From: Piromyces finnis finn
Taxonomy: Eukaryota > Fungi > Neocallimastigomycota
NCBI GenBank assembly: GCA_002104945.1
Contig: MCFH01000018.1
Location: 124,001 to 188,000, forward strand
DNA length: 64,000 nt
Direction: 5' to 3'
Shown piece by piece: positions 15,483 through 25,970 of this stretch (position 1 is the stretch's first letter; each line of letters opens with the position of its first letter). Under the pieces are notes generated by a model. That model saw nothing but the letters and a program-made list of their open reading frames with translations. It did no database searches and had not been told where the DNA came from. The translations under genes and the position numbers were made by a program.

Positions 15483-16276
15483 TTTATATTCTCTTTTATA
15501 TAATAAAATATATAATATAATATTTTTAAAGTTTATAATTTAATAAATAAAAAAACTATAAGAAATATAAAATATGATTGGATAAATTATCTTAATAATC
15601 ATCTTTATAATAAAATTTTTGAGGATTAGATTAAAATATTTCATTCTTTACTTTCTATACTTTTAAAAGTTATTTAAATAAAAAAGATGTTGTTAATCAA
15701 TCAGTACTTAAATAATAAATATACCTGAAGAATGATAAATATATTTAATTTTATTTTTTAAATTATTTAATATTTATACAAAAGCAAATATAACATTAAA
15801 CTTTAAGAATAATACTGTTTAAATTTTTTTAACCATTTTTAATAATATTTTTATAAAATATTTACTCTTTCATTGTTATTTTCTGTTAAATTTTATCCTT
15901 TCTTTATATTATTTTTTTGATTTTTGTGTACTAAAATTGTATGCCTATTTTATTTTATTAATTAAATATTTATATATAATGACATAATGAATGAAAAAGA
16001 AAGAAAGAAAATAAATATCAATGGTTTTAATAATTGAAATTCGAATAACTCTTGAATGAAGGTATATGTTAATTAATAAAGCAAAAAGAATAAAAGCTTT
16101 CTTTTTCTTCTTTTTAATATATATAGAACTATAATATATTTGCCATTTTTATAAATATTGATATGATAAAGTTAGAATATTATTAATAATCTATATCTTT
16201 TCATTTTTAATTACTTTTATATATATATTTTTTTTAAAAAACTTTGATTTCAATTCTCTATCTTTTTCCTTCTTTC

Positions 16277-16280
<4 letters not shown>

Positions 16281-16333
<53 letters not shown>
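16281..16333. repeat. (AAT)n microsatellite
   Basis: Direct reading. Confidence 0.95.
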
Positions 16334-16335
<2 letters not shown>

Positions 16336-16933
16336 TAGAAAAAAGTTTTATTTTTTTTTTTAAAAAATTATAAATTAAAATTTTGTAATTAATTTTTATT
16401 ATTTAATTATTCCATTATAAGGTTGTTATCCCATCAAAAGAAAATTTCTCATTTTATTTTTAATATAATTATAACACCTCACCACCATCAATTATATTTC
16501 GTATTTTAAATGTAAAGACTTTTTTTATATATTAATAAACATGTGGTTTATGCTAACCCACTACTCATACTTTTATATAGATTAATTATATAAATATTTA
16601 AATCAATTTTAGTAATATAATATGATCATTAATAAAAAGTAATATCATTTACAATATATATATATATATAATAATATTTACAGCTTTCTATTTTTTTTTC
16701 ATTTATTAAATTTCTTTTTGTTTTTTTCATTTATAAATCAACTTGATTATAATACCTTCTTTTTAAATGATTAATACTCTTTAATATATATGCCAATTAG
16801 TATTAGCAATTAGTATATTCTTTAGTTTTATATAAAAGAATAACATATATTTTTTTCTCATTATGAAAGTTAGAATTTCCTTTCATTATTTCAAGTAAAA
16901 GTTTTGTATTGTGTTACTTTTTATTTTGAGAGG

Positions 16934-17420
16934 TTTTTTTTTTTTTTTAACTTCCGAGTGCATTTCTCCTATCAATCAGAGTAAGCCCCAATGATGGTTC
17001 TTAGAAAAACGTTGGCTCTTTCCTACTAAGTGGTCTGTCATACTAAATCTTCAGCTTCGACTTAATCAATGTACATTAGATACTTATCGTTGTATTATAT
17101 TATTATATTTCTTACTATAACGCTAAGCCTCATATGGCCAATTTGGTCACGTGTCAACATCCCTAATGTGTAAACTTACATTAATTAAGAAATGCTGCTT
17201 GTGTATATAGCATAGCCTAAGCCACTGCTTATAAAGTTTTAATTTGAAAATGTACCATTTACACTTTGACCCTCTCGGCTAGACGAGTGTTAATATTATA
17301 GAAGTAAATTAGAAAGTGCATTAATACTTACCTAAATATCATAACCTAACTCATGGCAAAACCCAATTGGAAAATCCACGGACACCTGCAGGGTCGAACT
17401 AGAAGCCTTCATTATGAGTG
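16934..17420. other. Unassigned GC-richer non-coding island next to a T15 run; candidate retroposon remnant or ncRNA
   Basis: Sharp compositional contrast with the flanks and no long ORF. T15 at 16934-16948 would be a poly(A) tail on -. B-box-like GTTCGACCC on - at 17391-17399. Confidence 0.45.
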
Positions 17421-19273
17421 AATAAATAAATATATAATCATGTGCTTTTTTTTTATAGTGATGATTTCTTGAAAATTTATGGTGATTTTATACATTATAT
17501 TATCACTACAAATTAACAAAAATTTAATACAAAAACTAATAAATTAAAAAAAATTAATATAATTTATTGTATACATCATTAAAATAAAACCATAATTTAT
17601 TAATTGTATGTTTTTTTAATATATTTACTATTTATTTATTTATTGTTTAATTTTAAAATAGTTATTTCTTAATAATCAAAATCTAAGTAATATTATTTGT
17701 TACTGTATTATAATATATAATTCAACTATTTTTTTTATAGAAAGGAAATCAGGGAAATTAAATAATTTATTATATATTACTAATTACTTCATATTTCTTT
17801 AATTCTTATTGTTAAGCCAATTATTATTAAAATTTATCCGTAAAGTGGCTAATTAAAGATGATATATATTAATTATTATAAAAATAAGATTTATATTTAA
17901 AATATTATTTATTTAAAGCATCATTTAATTTTATATTATTATTTATTTTCTTATATAACTAAGCTAGGTTGTACTACAAAGTCTCCCTTTAAATTTTTGT
18001 TGTTGTTTAATTAAGGAATGAATTAATTTCTTTATGTATTAAAGTTTTTAATTTTTTTTTACCATAAATTTAGGAGGGATAAAAATTTAATTATTACTAA
18101 TTTCTTCTTAGATAAAAAAAATAAAGTTTCATCCATGATTAAATTTTTATTAATTTTTAAAGTTTAATTTATTAAAATACATTATCAAAATGTATAATAA
18201 TAAATTATTAATATATTTCAGAGTATAATTAGGTATTGTAATACTATATATAACTTTTAATATCATTTTATTAATTATTATGTTATTTTATAATGTTTTT
18301 TTATATAGAATAATTTAATTTCAAATACTAAAATATTATATATTCATACTTTCCTTTTCTATATATTATTTTTTTGTTGTGATTTGTTTTACAATTTATA
18401 TATAATCTAATAAATTATAGAATATAATATAATATATTATCTTATTTATTAATCTATTATAGGTGAAAATTCTAAAAGATAAAAATTTTTACATACAAAT
18501 TAAAAATTAGATGAAAAAAAAGGCTATTGATAGTGCTATGTTTTAACCACAAACTCTAATGAAGGGTGTATAGATTTATAATTCATCATATATTATAAAT
18601 ATATAGCAATAAAAATGACCACATGTTCATTGGTCTATTATTGTTTTAAAAACAAGATTTATTATAATATTCCTTGTTAAGAATGTTATTACTATAATCG
18701 ATAATGCTTAAAAATATACAGAATGATGATTTTTTTTGAAAATTAAAAATATTAGATGCCCTTAATTATTAATATATTTTTATTTTTAATTTTTTAATTT
18801 TATTATTAAATAGCTTATTGAGAATTTAAAGATATGTAATATGTAATTATAACTAAATAAAAACATTTATTTATTATGAATAAAAATGATAATAAAAATA
18901 TTTATTATAATATATATTATATTATATTCTAAAATTAAATTAATTTAGAAATAAAAGTAATTTATTAATTGTTCATTGGATAATTCTAAAATAGTGATAA
19001 TAAATTAAGATTATAACAGCAATATAATTTATTTATATTGAATTATAGAATAGATATTTAATTTAAATATAATGATTTATATATTATAATTTTATTTTGA
19101 AGAATATATATAAAAGGATAAAAATTCTTTTTTTTTAATATTAATTATTTATAATATAAATAATAAAAAAAGTATTGTTATTGTTGTGTATTATATTGGA
19201 AAAATTATAATTTTTCAAAAAAAAAAAAAAAACAAATTAATTATTAATTAAAAAATTAAAGATAATTGACAAA

Positions 19274-20307
19274 ATGCAATTCAAATCACTTTTAATGTCT
19301 GCTTTATTATTTACTGCACCAATTTTTGCAGAAACTGATTGTACAGATGCCAAAAATATGGATTCTGACAAGTGTAAGGCTGATATTTTAATTGTTACCA
19401 CCCAAAATTTAGATGCTTTCCAAAATGAAGGTTACAATTCTGTTGTAAACACTCTTACTAAATTCAGTGTAAGTAAAATGATTAAAAAAAAAAACTTATA
19501 GAATATGAAAATTGCAATTATTAATAAATAAATAAAAATTTACAGGTTCCAGCCAACAAACTTTCCATTGATCCAAATGGTGTTGATACTACTTACATTA
19601 GAAATGTTCTTTACCGTAATAATGATGAAGGTAGATACAAGGCTATTGTTTTCCCAAATGGTCGTGTTTCTTACAACAGTGGTGGTGATCAATGGGTTTC
19701 TGCTATTAGACCAGACCAATGGTTACTTTTCGATGAATACTCTGCCGTTACTGGTAGTCGTATTGTTTACTTAAATGAATACCCAAGTAACAACACTGCT
19801 ACTGAATTAGCTTACGATTTCAAAGGTGATCAAGCTTCTAACTTCAAAATTGCTCAAAAAATATCTTTCCCAGAAGATTCTTCTTCATTCATTGAAGATC
19901 TTAAGGATATTGAACTTAACACCCAAGACACATGGCATTTCCCAGCTAAAATTGAAGATGAAAGTAAGTACAAGGTAGATGGATTTGATTCTGTTGAACC
20001 ACTCTTATACTTCGAATCAGCTGGAGAAACCATTCCAGAAAAGACTATTGCTGCTGTTGCTTGTGAAAGACAAGGTTCTATATACGCTGGTTTCTTCACT
20101 AGTTTTGGTTCTTGGAGTAAAACTGCTGCTGCCTTAAATATCTACTGGCTTACCTGGGCTCTTAATACTGATTTCTCTAAGATTTCTGATGCCCACATTT
20201 CAACTGAAAAGGCTCTTGATATGTCTTCTGATGCTCCAAAATCAATTAAATTAGCTTTATTATCACTTGTTGTTTCTACTCTTCTTGTTATTTTCGTTAC
20301 TTTCTAA
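19274..20307 (+). CDS. CBM87-like GPI-anchored protein, paralog D; 1 intron (19469-19545)
   Basis: Signal peptide MQFKSLLMSALLFTAPIFA. Motifs FPNGRVSY, WVSAIRPDQW, RIVYLNEYPS, WHFPAKI, TIAAV, FGSWS, WLTWAL. Omega-like SSDA followed by a hydrophobic tail; TAA at 20305-20307. Confidence 0.85.
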
Positions 20308-20648
20308 AATGAATAAATCGAAGGGGAAATAATAAAATTTTGATAAAGATAATGAAAAAACTATTTATAGATAGAATATTAATTTAAAATAAGACAAAAT
20401 TAATATATAAATGTTGTAATAAAAAATAAAGTTTAAAAAAATATTTATAAATATTTTAAGAAAAATAAAATAAAAAATAAAAATTATTAAAAAATAGTAA
20501 TTTCTTTTTAATCTATTTTTATACTGTCTGGGTTTATATCAATGTAATAATAAAATTAATTATTCTATTTTAATTGAACAGAAATAATTATTTTTGAGTA
20601 GGTTTTAAATTATGATAAATTAAGGTAAAAAATTTTTTGGAATGCTAA

Positions 20649-23600
20649 ATGAATAAGGAGGTTTTTGAAAAGTGTACAATCTCCAATTTTTTTTTTTTTT
20701 TAATGGTTTATGGAGTATACATTTATTATGGCTCAGCTCGTAGTAGAAGGAATCACAAATACACTTTTTCCACTCTCAAACGTAAAATTTTAGTTTCTAA
20801 TAAACATCAACATTCTATTCAACAATCATTTCAACAATCAGTTCAACAATCTCATCAACAATCCGATCTTCAACTAGATCTTCAACAAGATCTTCAACAA
20901 GTTTCCAATCATGAAAATATTCCAGATCTACAGCAAACACAATTTCAATCTCAACATTCAACAATTAATTCTAATAGCTCTATCAACTCTGATAACAGTT
21001 CAATAGTTGATAGTTCTTCAGTTTCACAGCCATCTAGTAATAGTTCTACTTATTCCTCTGATGCATCATCCATTAATAACGATGACTTTAATAATAATAA
21101 TAATAGCAACGATTCTTCCTCATCCAACAAGCCTGATAACTTTTCTTTTTGTCTTAGTTGGAACACCAATGGGTGGAATCACGAAAAGAGAGATAGTATT
21201 AGCTATTTCACAGCTATTTTCAAACCATTATTTTTATGTTTCCAAGAAACTGGTAATGGTTCTGGTTCGAATACAGATTATCCTTGTCGTGTTACTTTGC
21301 GAAACTATAGACACTTTTTCAAGAAAGCTGACGAATCAGTTCCGGGAATGAGAGGTTTATATTTAGGTTTTCACAATTCGTGTCAAGCCTCACTTGAAAA
21401 CTTCTCTGGAAAGTATATTATTTCTATTTATACTTTTAGTCTCTGGAATAGATTCAAATGCTCGATTGGTAATGTTTATATGCCTCATAGTCATCACAAC
21501 ATCTATGTTGATCATGCAAAGTTAGAAGTTCGCTTGTGGTTACAAACTCATTCATCCCATCCATCGATTCTTGTTGGTGATTTTAATATGTCTAAAGTAA
21601 AATTATCCAACTGGTTATCAACTAATGGATTAGGAGATTGGGAAATTCTTCCGCTTAGAGGGTCTACTATCTCTTGGACTCGAGGTGATCAATCTTCCGA
21701 CATTGACCATGCTCTTATCAATTCGAAGATGAAAGATCTTATTCACTCAGGATCATTTATAAATAATTTTTATCCTGTATCAGACCATAAGCCACTTCTT
21801 ATTAATGGTAAAATTATTCCTATGGATGATTTTTCTAATGACTTTAATGTTCCTAAGAAAATTCTGAAATGGAATAGATTAAAATGTATTGAGGAAAAGG
21901 AATCTATTATCAGTCATAATAAATTCCAAATACTTTCAGCAAAATTCAACGATCCTAATGTTTCTACAGATGAACTTTCCAAAGAGTTTACTTCAACTGC
22001 TTTTTCAATTGCAGACGAGCTCAGTATTACCTCAGCAAATAATGTTATAAAGTCTTCATTTCATATTTCACAACAAATTTTTAATCTTCAAAAAATCAAA
22101 ATGAAGTTGTATAAGAGATTTAAAAAAGAAAGAATTTATGATATAGATGAATTTATTAAAAGAATTAAAATCTACCGTAAGCTCATTGATTACATCCACA
22201 AAAGATGTAATGAATTTAGGAAGCAAGAATATCTTCATTGGATTAAAACAGGATGTGAGTATATGAAGAGTCATAATCCTAAGAAGGCCTGGAAATGGAT
22301 CAAGAAAACTGCAAAAATAGGAAAAGATTCTTTCTTTATTGCTCAACCAATTAAAAATAAAAATGGAGAATTAGTTGTTGCTACAGAAGAACAACTAGAA
22401 GTGTGGCATGATCATTTCGAAAACCTTGCATCAGATCCAAGTGGTGTAAGTCTTGATTTGGAGCATTGGTATGAAGAACCAATGAATAAACGTTTTTCAC
22501 TTCCTATGCTTGATGAGTGGGATATCAACCAAGATATTAGTATTGATGAAGTCAAGTCAGCTATCCTCTCTACTCCAAATTATAAAGCATCAGGTCCGGA
22601 TGGTATTCCAATTGAATTTTACAAAGCATTAATTCCATCAAGTAATGATTCTAATAATGCTACAGATAATAATTCTTCCGGTAATACTACTTCAGATAAT
22701 GATGCTCATGGTTTAAATTTTATTCTTAAATTATTCAACCGTATTTGGGATGGAGACTTCCCCAACTCATGGAATGAATCCAGTATTGTTTCTATTCCTA
22801 AGAAGGGAGATTTGACAGATTGTGATAACTATCGAGGTATATCACTTATCAATAATGGCATTAAGTTGATTTCCAAAATTGTCACCACTAGAATCTCAGA
22901 AAATGGTCTAAAGAATAATTTCATTAGACCTGAACAATTTGGTTTTCGAAAAAAGGAAGAAAGTATCAGTCTTTTCATTTCAATCCAAGAAATATGCCGT
23001 AGACGTCAATTAGATAATAAAGAGACATATTTGGCCTTTTTAGATCTCAGGAAAGCATACGATTCAGTCCCAATCGGTAATATTCTCCATAAATTAGATT
23101 GTTTAGGAATCCGAGGTAAGAGTTTACAATTCATCAAAAATTTATATTTAACATCTAAGGCTAATGTCAAATTAGATGGACAATTCTCGAAATCTTTTGA
23201 TGTGAAGAAAGGAGTCCGTCAAGGATGCCCTCTTTCTCCTATTCTCTTTAATCTCTTTATTAATGATATATTTAAAGAGTGTGAAGATCTCGGAGTCAGT
23301 TTAGGTGACACTCGATGCTGTGGTGGACTTTTTGCAGATGATATAGTTATTTGTGCTCCAACAAGAGAATACTTAAAAAAGATGCTTAGAAGAGTTAATG
23401 AATGGGCCTTGTATAATGAAATGGAATTTGATATCCAGAAATGTTCAACGATGGTGATTCGTCCTGAATCAATAGAAAATCAGAACAAGAGAGATCCAAC
23501 ATTTTACTTAGCAGGACAACCCATTCCAACTACTGATTGCTATACTTATCTTGGTGTTCCATTTGATAAGAATCTGTCCTTTAAACCAGTAATTAAAGCT

Positions 23601-24956
23601 CTTAATAACAAGGTTTTGAAAGGGCTTTTCTCAGTCAGTAAATTCTTAAGAAATCCTAATATTCCTATTCCTTTCAAAAAACTAGTACTTAACTCACAAG
23701 TGATTAGCAGAGTTTCATACTTTGCACCATTACTTGGATCCAACAAAGCTAGGTCTAGGATTGCTCAGAAGCATGTTAACAAAGGAATACGATGGATTGC
23801 CGGAGTTCATAAAGCTGTATCGTTTATATCTTTATACTCTATCTCAAAAGATTTGAATATTCCTCCATTGTCAGCCAAATGTGCATTAGCTCAGGTTAGA
23901 TGTTTTAACAAATGGAAAAACTCAAATTGTATTATCTCACACCTTGTCAATTACATTCCTAAATTTAGAAAATACACGTGGTGCAAATCAAGTAGGACAC
24001 TTGATAAAAAATTAAAGAAACATGGAGATGTTAAAGCAGTTAAAAACTTTTATTGGAAAGATCTCAAAGGGAATTCAATCAAAGCGCAATATTATGATGA
24101 TAATAAATTTATTGAAACTAAAGATTTTATTAAATTATGTTATGAGTACCCAGAGTTTGCCTATGGCTTCTACTGGCTATTGAAAGCAAGAAGCGGATAC
24201 AAGTTGGATGCTAGAGTTGCCAAAGCTGCCAAATTTGTTGATCCAGTTTGTCCTAACTACTGTCCATGTTGCAAGTGTGGAGATCAAAGTATTAAACATT
24301 GGTTATTAGATTGTCCAACATTTAGAGATATCCGTATTAAACATTATGATTCTATAGTCCATCTTTTAAATTTTTTCAGTCAACGTAATTCCAATAGTCC
24401 TATCAATAATAATGAAATTGATAATATCAGTAGAGATAGCAATAACAGTAATAGTAATAGTAACAATAGTAATAATAACAATAGTAGTAATAGTAATAAT
24501 AGAAATAGTAATAATAACAATAGTAGTAATAGAAATAATAATATTAGTAATGATAGCAATAGTGATGATAATAATTCTAATTTAGATAGTAATTTAGTTA
24601 ATGATAGTAATAGTTCTAATAATCCGGTGAATATTAATGTGTATGATTATTCTAGTGTGTGCAGTAAAATATTTAAATTCCTTCTTGGGGGAAGAAGTTT
24701 TAACAATATCAATTACAATTCAAGGGAATGGAAAGAACTTTGTAAGCGTCAGATTCAATCTAGTACTAATGAAGGAACACCATTCTTGACTGTAACCGCG
24801 GAACTTCTAACCAAAATCATGCCTTTTGCTATTGGCCAGCAATGGTCAATGTTCAAAAGGTTTGAAGCAACATCCAAGAGCGTCAATGCTGAAGAAACAG
24901 TAAGACAGGCCAGGAGGGCCAGCGCAACCAATGGAGATCATAATTTTGTTCCATGA
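20649..24956 (+). CDS. APE endonuclease - reverse transcriptase - CCHC zinc-finger polyprotein
   Basis: APE motifs WNTNG, FQET, GDFN, SDIDH, SDHKP. RT motifs GPDGIP, NYRGISL, FLDLRKAYDSV, GVRQGCPLSP, FADD, YLG. C-terminal CPCCKCGDQSIKHWLLDC. Confidence 0.95.
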   Translation: MNKEVFEKCTISNFFFFLMVYGVYIYYGSARSRRNHKYTFSTLKRKILVSNKHQHSIQQSFQQSVQQSHQQSDLQLDLQQDLQQVSNHENIPDLQQTQFQSQHSTINSNSSINSDNSSIVDSSSVSQPSSNSSTYSSDASSINNDDFNNNNNSNDSSSSNKPDNFSFCLSWNTNGWNHEKRDSISYFTAIFKPLFLCFQETGNGSGSNTDYPCRVTLRNYRHFFKKADESVPGMRGLYLGFHNSCQASLENFSGKYIISIYTFSLWNRFKCSIGNVYMPHSHHNIYVDHAKLEVRLWLQTHSSHPSILVGDFNMSKVKLSNWLSTNGLGDWEILPLRGSTISWTRGDQSSDIDHALINSKMKDLIHSGSFINNFYPVSDHKPLLINGKIIPMDDFSNDFNVPKKILKWNRLKCIEEKESIISHNKFQILSAKFNDPNVSTDELSKEFTSTAFSIADELSITSANNVIKSSFHISQQIFNLQKIKMKLYKRFKKERIYDIDEFIKRIKIYRKLIDYIHKRCNEFRKQEYLHWIKTGCEYMKSHNPKKAWKWIKKTAKIGKDSFFIAQPIKNKNGELVVATEEQLEVWHDHFENLASDPSGVSLDLEHWYEEPMNKRFSLPMLDEWDINQDISIDEVKSAILSTPNYKASGPDGIPIEFYKALIPSSNDSNNATDNNSSGNTTSDNDAHGLNFILKLFNRIWDGDFPNSWNESSIVSIPKKGDLTDCDNYRGISLINNGIKLISKIVTTRISENGLKNNFIRPEQFGFRKKEESISLFISIQEICRRRQLDNKETYLAFLDLRKAYDSVPIGNILHKLDCLGIRGKSLQFIKNLYLTSKANVKLDGQFSKSFDVKKGVRQGCPLSPILFNLFINDIFKECEDLGVSLGDTRCCGGLFADDIVICAPTREYLKKMLRRVNEWALYNEMEFDIQKCSTMVIRPESIENQNKRDPTFYLAGQPIPTTDCYTYLGVPFDKNLSFKPVIKALNNKVLKGLFSVSKFLRNPNIPIPFKKLVLNSQVISRVSYFAPLLGSNKARSRIAQKHVNKGIRWIAGVHKAVSFISLYSISKDLNIPPLSAKCALAQVRCFNKWKNSNCIISHLVNYIPKFRKYTWCKSSRTLDKKLKKHGDVKAVKNFYWKDLKGNSIKAQYYDDNKFIETKDFIKLCYEYPEFAYGFYWLLKARSGYKLDARVAKAAKFVDPVCPNYCPCCKCGDQSIKHWLLDCPTFRDIRIKHYDSIVHLLNFFSQRNSNSPINNNEIDNISRDSNNSNSNSNNSNNNNSSNSNNRNSNNNNSSNRNNNISNDSNSDDNNSNLDSNLVNDSNSSNNPVNINVYDYSSVCSKIFKFLLGGRSFNNINYNSREWKELCKRQIQSSTNEGTPFLTVTAELLTKIMPFAIGQQWSMFKRFEATSKSVNAEETVRQARRASATNGDHNFVP

Positions 24957-25189
24957 CAAAATTTTTGATCTTTGGCTCGGTGTCCCATTGGAAGTCAAAT
25001 ACAATTATTATACTTTAGTATGATAGTGGCTTTCTTACTTTAATTAAAATTACTAGAATACATTATACCCAATTTTTATTCATTTGTGTTTATTTAAACA
25101 TATTTTTTTTTATTTTTATATTTAATTTTTTTATTACATGTATTATAATTTTAATTAAATTAATAATAAAGTTTAAAATATTTGATGCC

Positions 25190-25219
<30 letters not shown>
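20649..25219 (+). mobile_element. Non-LTR retrotransposon (LINE family A), apparently intact, single ORF; 5' boundary uncertain
   Basis: Uninterrupted 1435-aa ORF followed by a 3' UTR, AATAAA at 25165-25170 and A27 at 25193-25219. Confidence 0.93.
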
Positions 25220-25221
<2 letters not shown>

Positions 25222-25970
25222 AAAAAGCTAGTACTTAACTCACAAATGATCATCAGAGTTTCATATTTTGTACCATTACTTGGATCCAACAAAGCTAAGT
25301 CTAGGATTGCTCAGAAGCATGTTAACAAAGGAATACGATGGGTTGCCGGAGTTCATAAAGCTGTATCGTTTATATCGTTGTACTCTATCTCAAAAGATTT
25401 GAATATTCCTCCATTGTCAGCCAAATGTACGTAAGCGCAAGTTAGATGTTTTAACAAATGGAAAAACTCAAATTGTATTATCTCATACCTTGTCAATTAC
25501 ATTCCTAAATTTAGAAAATACATGTGGTGCAAATCAAGTAGGACATTTGATAAAAAATTAAAGAAACATGGAGATGTTAAAGCAGTTAAAAACTTTTATT
25601 GGAAAGATCTCAAAGGAAATTCAATCAAAGCGCAATATTATGATGATAATAAATTTATTGAAACTAAAGATTTTATCAAATTATGTTATAAGTACCCAGA
25701 GTTTGCCTATGGTTTCTACTGGCTATTGAAAGCAAGAAGCGGATACAAGTAGGATGTTAGAGTTGCAAAAGCTGCTAAATTTGTTGATACAGTTTGTCCT
25801 AACTACTGTCCATGTTGCAAGAGTGGAGATCAAAGTATTAAGTATTGGTCATTAGATTGTCTAACATTTAGAGATATCCAGTAACAATAATTTTAATAAT
25901 ATTAGTAATGATAGCAATAGTGAAGATAATAATTTTAATTTAGATAGTTAATAATAGTTATAGTTCTAAT
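25220..25970 (+). mobile_element. 5'-truncated, decayed LINE-A copy, upstream half
   Basis: Highly similar to LINE-A from ~23672 onward, with in-frame stops (TAA near 25432, TAG near 25750) and a deletion in the N/S-rich region. It ends exactly at the first TSD copy. Confidence 0.92.
25957..25970 (+). repeat. Target-site duplication GTTATAGTTCTAAT, left copy (right copy 31349-31362)
   Basis: An identical 14-mer lies immediately before the LINE-B 5' end and immediately after its poly(A) tail. Confidence 0.92.

Noticed and set aside
16981-16995. Minus-strand TTGGGGCTTAC resembling the RNase MRP 3' conserved region
   Set aside because: No GAAAGTCCCC-type P4 partner or terminal P1 helix found upstream on that strand.
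17324-17333. ATACTTACCT, identical to the U1 snRNA 5' end
   Set aside because: No U1-70K loop, U1A loop or Sm site follows; it is equally a reverse-strand splice-donor-like 10-mer.
17342-17350. TAACCTAAC as a possible telomerase template
   Set aside because: A single AT-rich 9-mer with no supporting pseudoknot; the telomere repeat of this organism is unknown to me.
20626-20638. TAAAAAATTTTTT, also at 31743-31755, as a TSD around the whole LINE block
   Set aside because: Low-complexity 13-mer expected by chance here, and not directly adjacent to a defined poly(A) tail.
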